DNA from: Myxococcota bacterium
Lineage (GTDB): Bacteria; Myxococcota_A; Polyangia; Nannocystales; Nannocystaceae
Assembly (NCBI GenBank): GCA_039028615.1
Contig: JBCCHT010000052.1
Location: 28,821 to 92,820, forward strand
Direction: 5' to 3'
Length of the DNA stretch: 64,000 nt
Below, piece after piece: positions 61,684-64,000 of this stretch. The position numbers were made by a program, and so were the translations under genes. Position 1 is the first letter of the stretch. Each line of letters begins with the position of its first letter. The notes under the pieces are model-generated. The model was not told the origin of the DNA, searched no databases, and saw nothing but the letters and a program-made list of their open reading frames with translations.

Positions 61684-62503
61684 CGCCCCCGCCATCGAGC
61701 GCCCCACCGCCGCCCTCGATGCCATGATTCGCGAGCTCGGGGCCCAGGCCCGCATGGAGTCCGACTACGGTGCCTACCTCAAAGAGCACGGCGTCGAGGG
61801 CGAGGACCTCGACGCGATGCTCGAGGTGGGGACCGAGCGCATGCTCGTGTACCGGCAGCTCGTGCACAATCGCATTCGCAACGCCACCCGGAGCTTCATC
61901 GGGCGCACCTTCGCTCGGCTGGGCAAGGAGCGATGCCGCCGGGACGTGGCCACGTTCATGGACGACAGGGCCCCGCGTTCGCCCTATCTGCGGGACGTAC
62001 CGGCCGAGTTCGTCGAGTGGGCGTGCCCGCGCTGGGAGGCGGACCCGGAGGTGCCCGACTACATCCCCGATCTGGCGCGACACGAGCTGCTCAGCATCGA
62101 TGTTCGCAACGACTGGCGGGGGGGCGAGGAGCCGACGGGGGTGGCCTTGGCGTTGGACCGGCCACTTCGTTTCGATGGGGCGGCTCGGTTGGTGCAATAC
62201 AGCCACGCGGTGCATCGGCTGCCGAAATCCACCGAGGATCGTACGGAGCCCGAGGCAGAGGAAACGCGGCTGCTGGTCTATCGCGATGCGGAGCACGACC
62301 CGCGCTATCTGTCGCTCACGCCGTTTGCGGCGGCGTTGCTCGAGGCGCTGATGAACGATGGGCTCGCGGTCCAGCCCGCACTGCAGGCGGCGTGTGAGTC
62401 GCTTGGGCAGGTGCTGGATGATGCGGCGCTGGGTTCTGCGGCGCAGTTGTTTGCCGACCTCGGCGAGCGGGGGGTGTGCCTCGGCGCGGAGCCGTCGGCC
62501 TAG
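61673..62503 (+). CDS. MNIO partner protein (DUF2063 / HvfC-BufC-like, peptide recognition)
   Basis: R..VYR.LV.N, P.SPYL.DVP.EF, DLARHE, LLVYRD; overlaps the DUF692 stop; GGAGG RBS. Confidence 0.85.
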   Translation: MKSDAPAIERPTAALDAMIRELGAQARMESDYGAYLKEHGVEGEDLDAMLEVGTERMLVYRQLVHNRIRNATRSFIGRTFARLGKERCRRDVATFMDDRAPRSPYLRDVPAEFVEWACPRWEADPEVPDYIPDLARHELLSIDVRNDWRGGEEPTGVALALDRPLRFDGAARLVQYSHAVHRLPKSTEDRTEPEAEETRLLVYRDAEHDPRYLSLTPFAAALLEALMNDGLAVQPALQAACESLGQVLDDAALGSAAQLFADLGERGVCLGAEPSA

Positions 62504-62567
62504 CTAGGCGATGGGAGACCGGTTGGACGCGTGAGTCCGGTTTGCTTTGCGGGGCGCTTGGGGAATT

Positions 62568-63163
62568 CTTCGAACGGGCGGCTCGCCTGTTTAACGGCTG
62601 GAACCCTCCCCGGACGTGCTCGGCGGCCGTCACACCCGGGTGTTTCTCGACCGCTGGCAGCGGCCGCCTCCGCGCGACCGGGCCCCCTCCATCCGACGCG
62701 GCTTCGCTTCAGCCCTCCCCGCGCTCGGTCTCCCGTTCGGACGGCGGCGTGGGCCCTGCTCCGGGGGAGGCTTGCGTGCTTGGAGGTTGAAACGGATCGA
62801 TGCCTGGCCAGGGGGTGCGGGCTTCGAGATGCGCTTGCGACGTGTTCGAACCGTCGGCTCGCCTGTTGACGGCTGGAACCCTCCCCGGACGTGCTCGGCG
62901 GCCGTGATAGCTGAGTGTTTCTCCACGATTGTCGGCGGCCGCCTCCGCGCGACCGGGCCCCCTCCATCCTACGCGGCTTCGCTTCAGCCCTCCCCGCACT
63001 CGGTCTCCCGTTCGGACGATGGCGTGGGCCCTGCTCAGTTGGAATCTGGCTTGCTTCGAGGTCGGCCGGTTGGCGGTTGGCGGTTGGCGGAGCATGCGAG
63101 GGCCTCGAGGGGCAATGGAGAGTGTTCGAACAACTGGCTCGCCTGTTGATGACTGGAGCCCTC
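62568..63163 (+). repeat. Repeat family A: two ~276-280 bp direct units plus the head of a third
   Basis: Head GGCTCGCCTGTTGACGGCTGGAACCCTCCCCGGACGTGCTCGG at about 62580, 62856 and (partial) 63136. Confidence 0.9.
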
Positions 63164-63198
63164 TTCAATGGGGTCGACGGTAGTTGCGATGGAGTGGG

Positions 63199-63718
63199 GT
63201 TTGCCCCGGGGTCGTGCGCCCAAAGGGGGAACGAACTGGAGGGTGGGCCTCTGTGTTGTTGCCCTGCACCCTCGAAGAGACCGAGCCCAACTGCGTCGCA
63301 TCGGTGGCGGACTGTATTCCTCGGTGGCTGCCGATTCACTGCGGGCGGCGACCTCCGGGGCCCCACCAGTTCTAGGCCACGGACTCGAGCGTTGCCCTTC
63401 GCAGGAAGGACCCACTCGCAAGACATTTGAAGCGCTACCGAGCACGTCCGGAGAGGCGTTTGCCCCGGGGTCGTGCGCCCAAAGGGGGAACGAACTGGAG
63501 GGTGGGCCTCTGTGTTGTTGCCCTGCACCCTCGAAGAGACTGAGCCCAACTGCGTCGCATCGGTGGCGGACTGTATTCCTCGGCGGCTGCCGATTCACTG
63601 CGGGCGGCGACCTCCGGGGCACCACCAGTTCCAGGCCACGGACTCGAGCGTTGCACTTCGCAGGAAGGACCCACTCGCAAGACATTTGAAGCGCTACCGA
63701 GCACCTCCGGAGAGGCGT
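63199..63718. repeat. Repeat family B: tandem duplication of a 259-bp unit
   Basis: GTTTGCCCCGGGGTCGTGCGCCCAAAGGGGG begins at 63199 and 63458; six substitutions seen by eye. Confidence 0.92.
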
Positions 63719-64000
63719 CCAGCTGTCAGCAGGCGAGCCAGTTGTTCGACCACTCTCCGCTGCCGTTCGAGGCCAACCGCCAACCGCCAAACGGGCGACC
63801 TCCAAGCAAGCCAGAACTCCACCCGGGCAGGCCCCACACCACCGTCCGAACGGGAGACTGAGTGCGGGGAGGGCTGAAGCGAAGCCGCGTAGGATGGAGG
63901 GGGCCCGGTCGCGCGGAGGCGGCCGCCGACAATCGTCGAGAAACACCCGAGTATCACGGCCGCCGAGCACGTCCGGGGAGGGTTCCAGCCGTCAACAGGC
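63697..64000 (-). repeat. Inverted copy of repeat family A (runs off the window end)
   Basis: 63961-64000 is the exact reverse complement of 62861-62900; 63718-63960 mirrors 62900-63157 with substitutions. Confidence 0.92.

Noticed and set aside
62020..62503. Shift to G/T-rich codons in the 3' half of the DUF2063 gene as a sign of foreign DNA
   Set aside because: The reading frame and family motifs continue uninterrupted; the shift was judged by eye only and there is no junction or mobility gene
62568..64000. CRISPR array or protein-coding repeats
   Set aside because: Units are 259-280 bp with conserved bodies rather than unique spacers, there are no cas genes, and the track ORFs here lack host codon bias and recognisable motifs

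Overview
This is a very GC-rich, gene-dense chromosomal window. It is most likely from a myxobacterium of the Nannocystaceae type, inferred from seven Hanks-type Ser/Thr kinases (four with TM + Cys-bracketed domain + TPR ectodomain), many Thr/Ser-linker lipoproteins and sterol-pathway genes. About 50 CDS are supported. They include a divergent CYP51 / sterol reductase pair, a tyrosinase-vWA fusion, lspA, a four-gene TatT-type TRAP transporter, ttcA, argG, an HD-GYP regulator coupled to ppx, an ECF sigma/kinase pair, a one-cysteine DksA-like protein, a cholesterol-oxidase-like GMC enzyme and mscS. Four regions stand out. (1) 60362-62503: a DUF692 (MNIO) RiPP operon whose precursor has a lipoprotein signal peptide and five EGSC[G/S] cores, suggesting a membrane-anchored oxazolin/bufferin-like metal-binding peptide. 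(2) 43700-48737: a phosphorelay whose end protein has no catalytic output and sits directly upstream of an atypical MinD/ParA ATPase. (3) 54628-55735: a TetR gene with three visible operators facing a small LITAF-like membrane protein. (4) 62568-64000: a non-coding mosaic of nested direct and inverted long repeats. I found no rRNA, tRNA, CRISPR array or transposase. Start codons were re-chosen by eye where the ORF track overextends, and all family calls come from motif recognition, not database searches.
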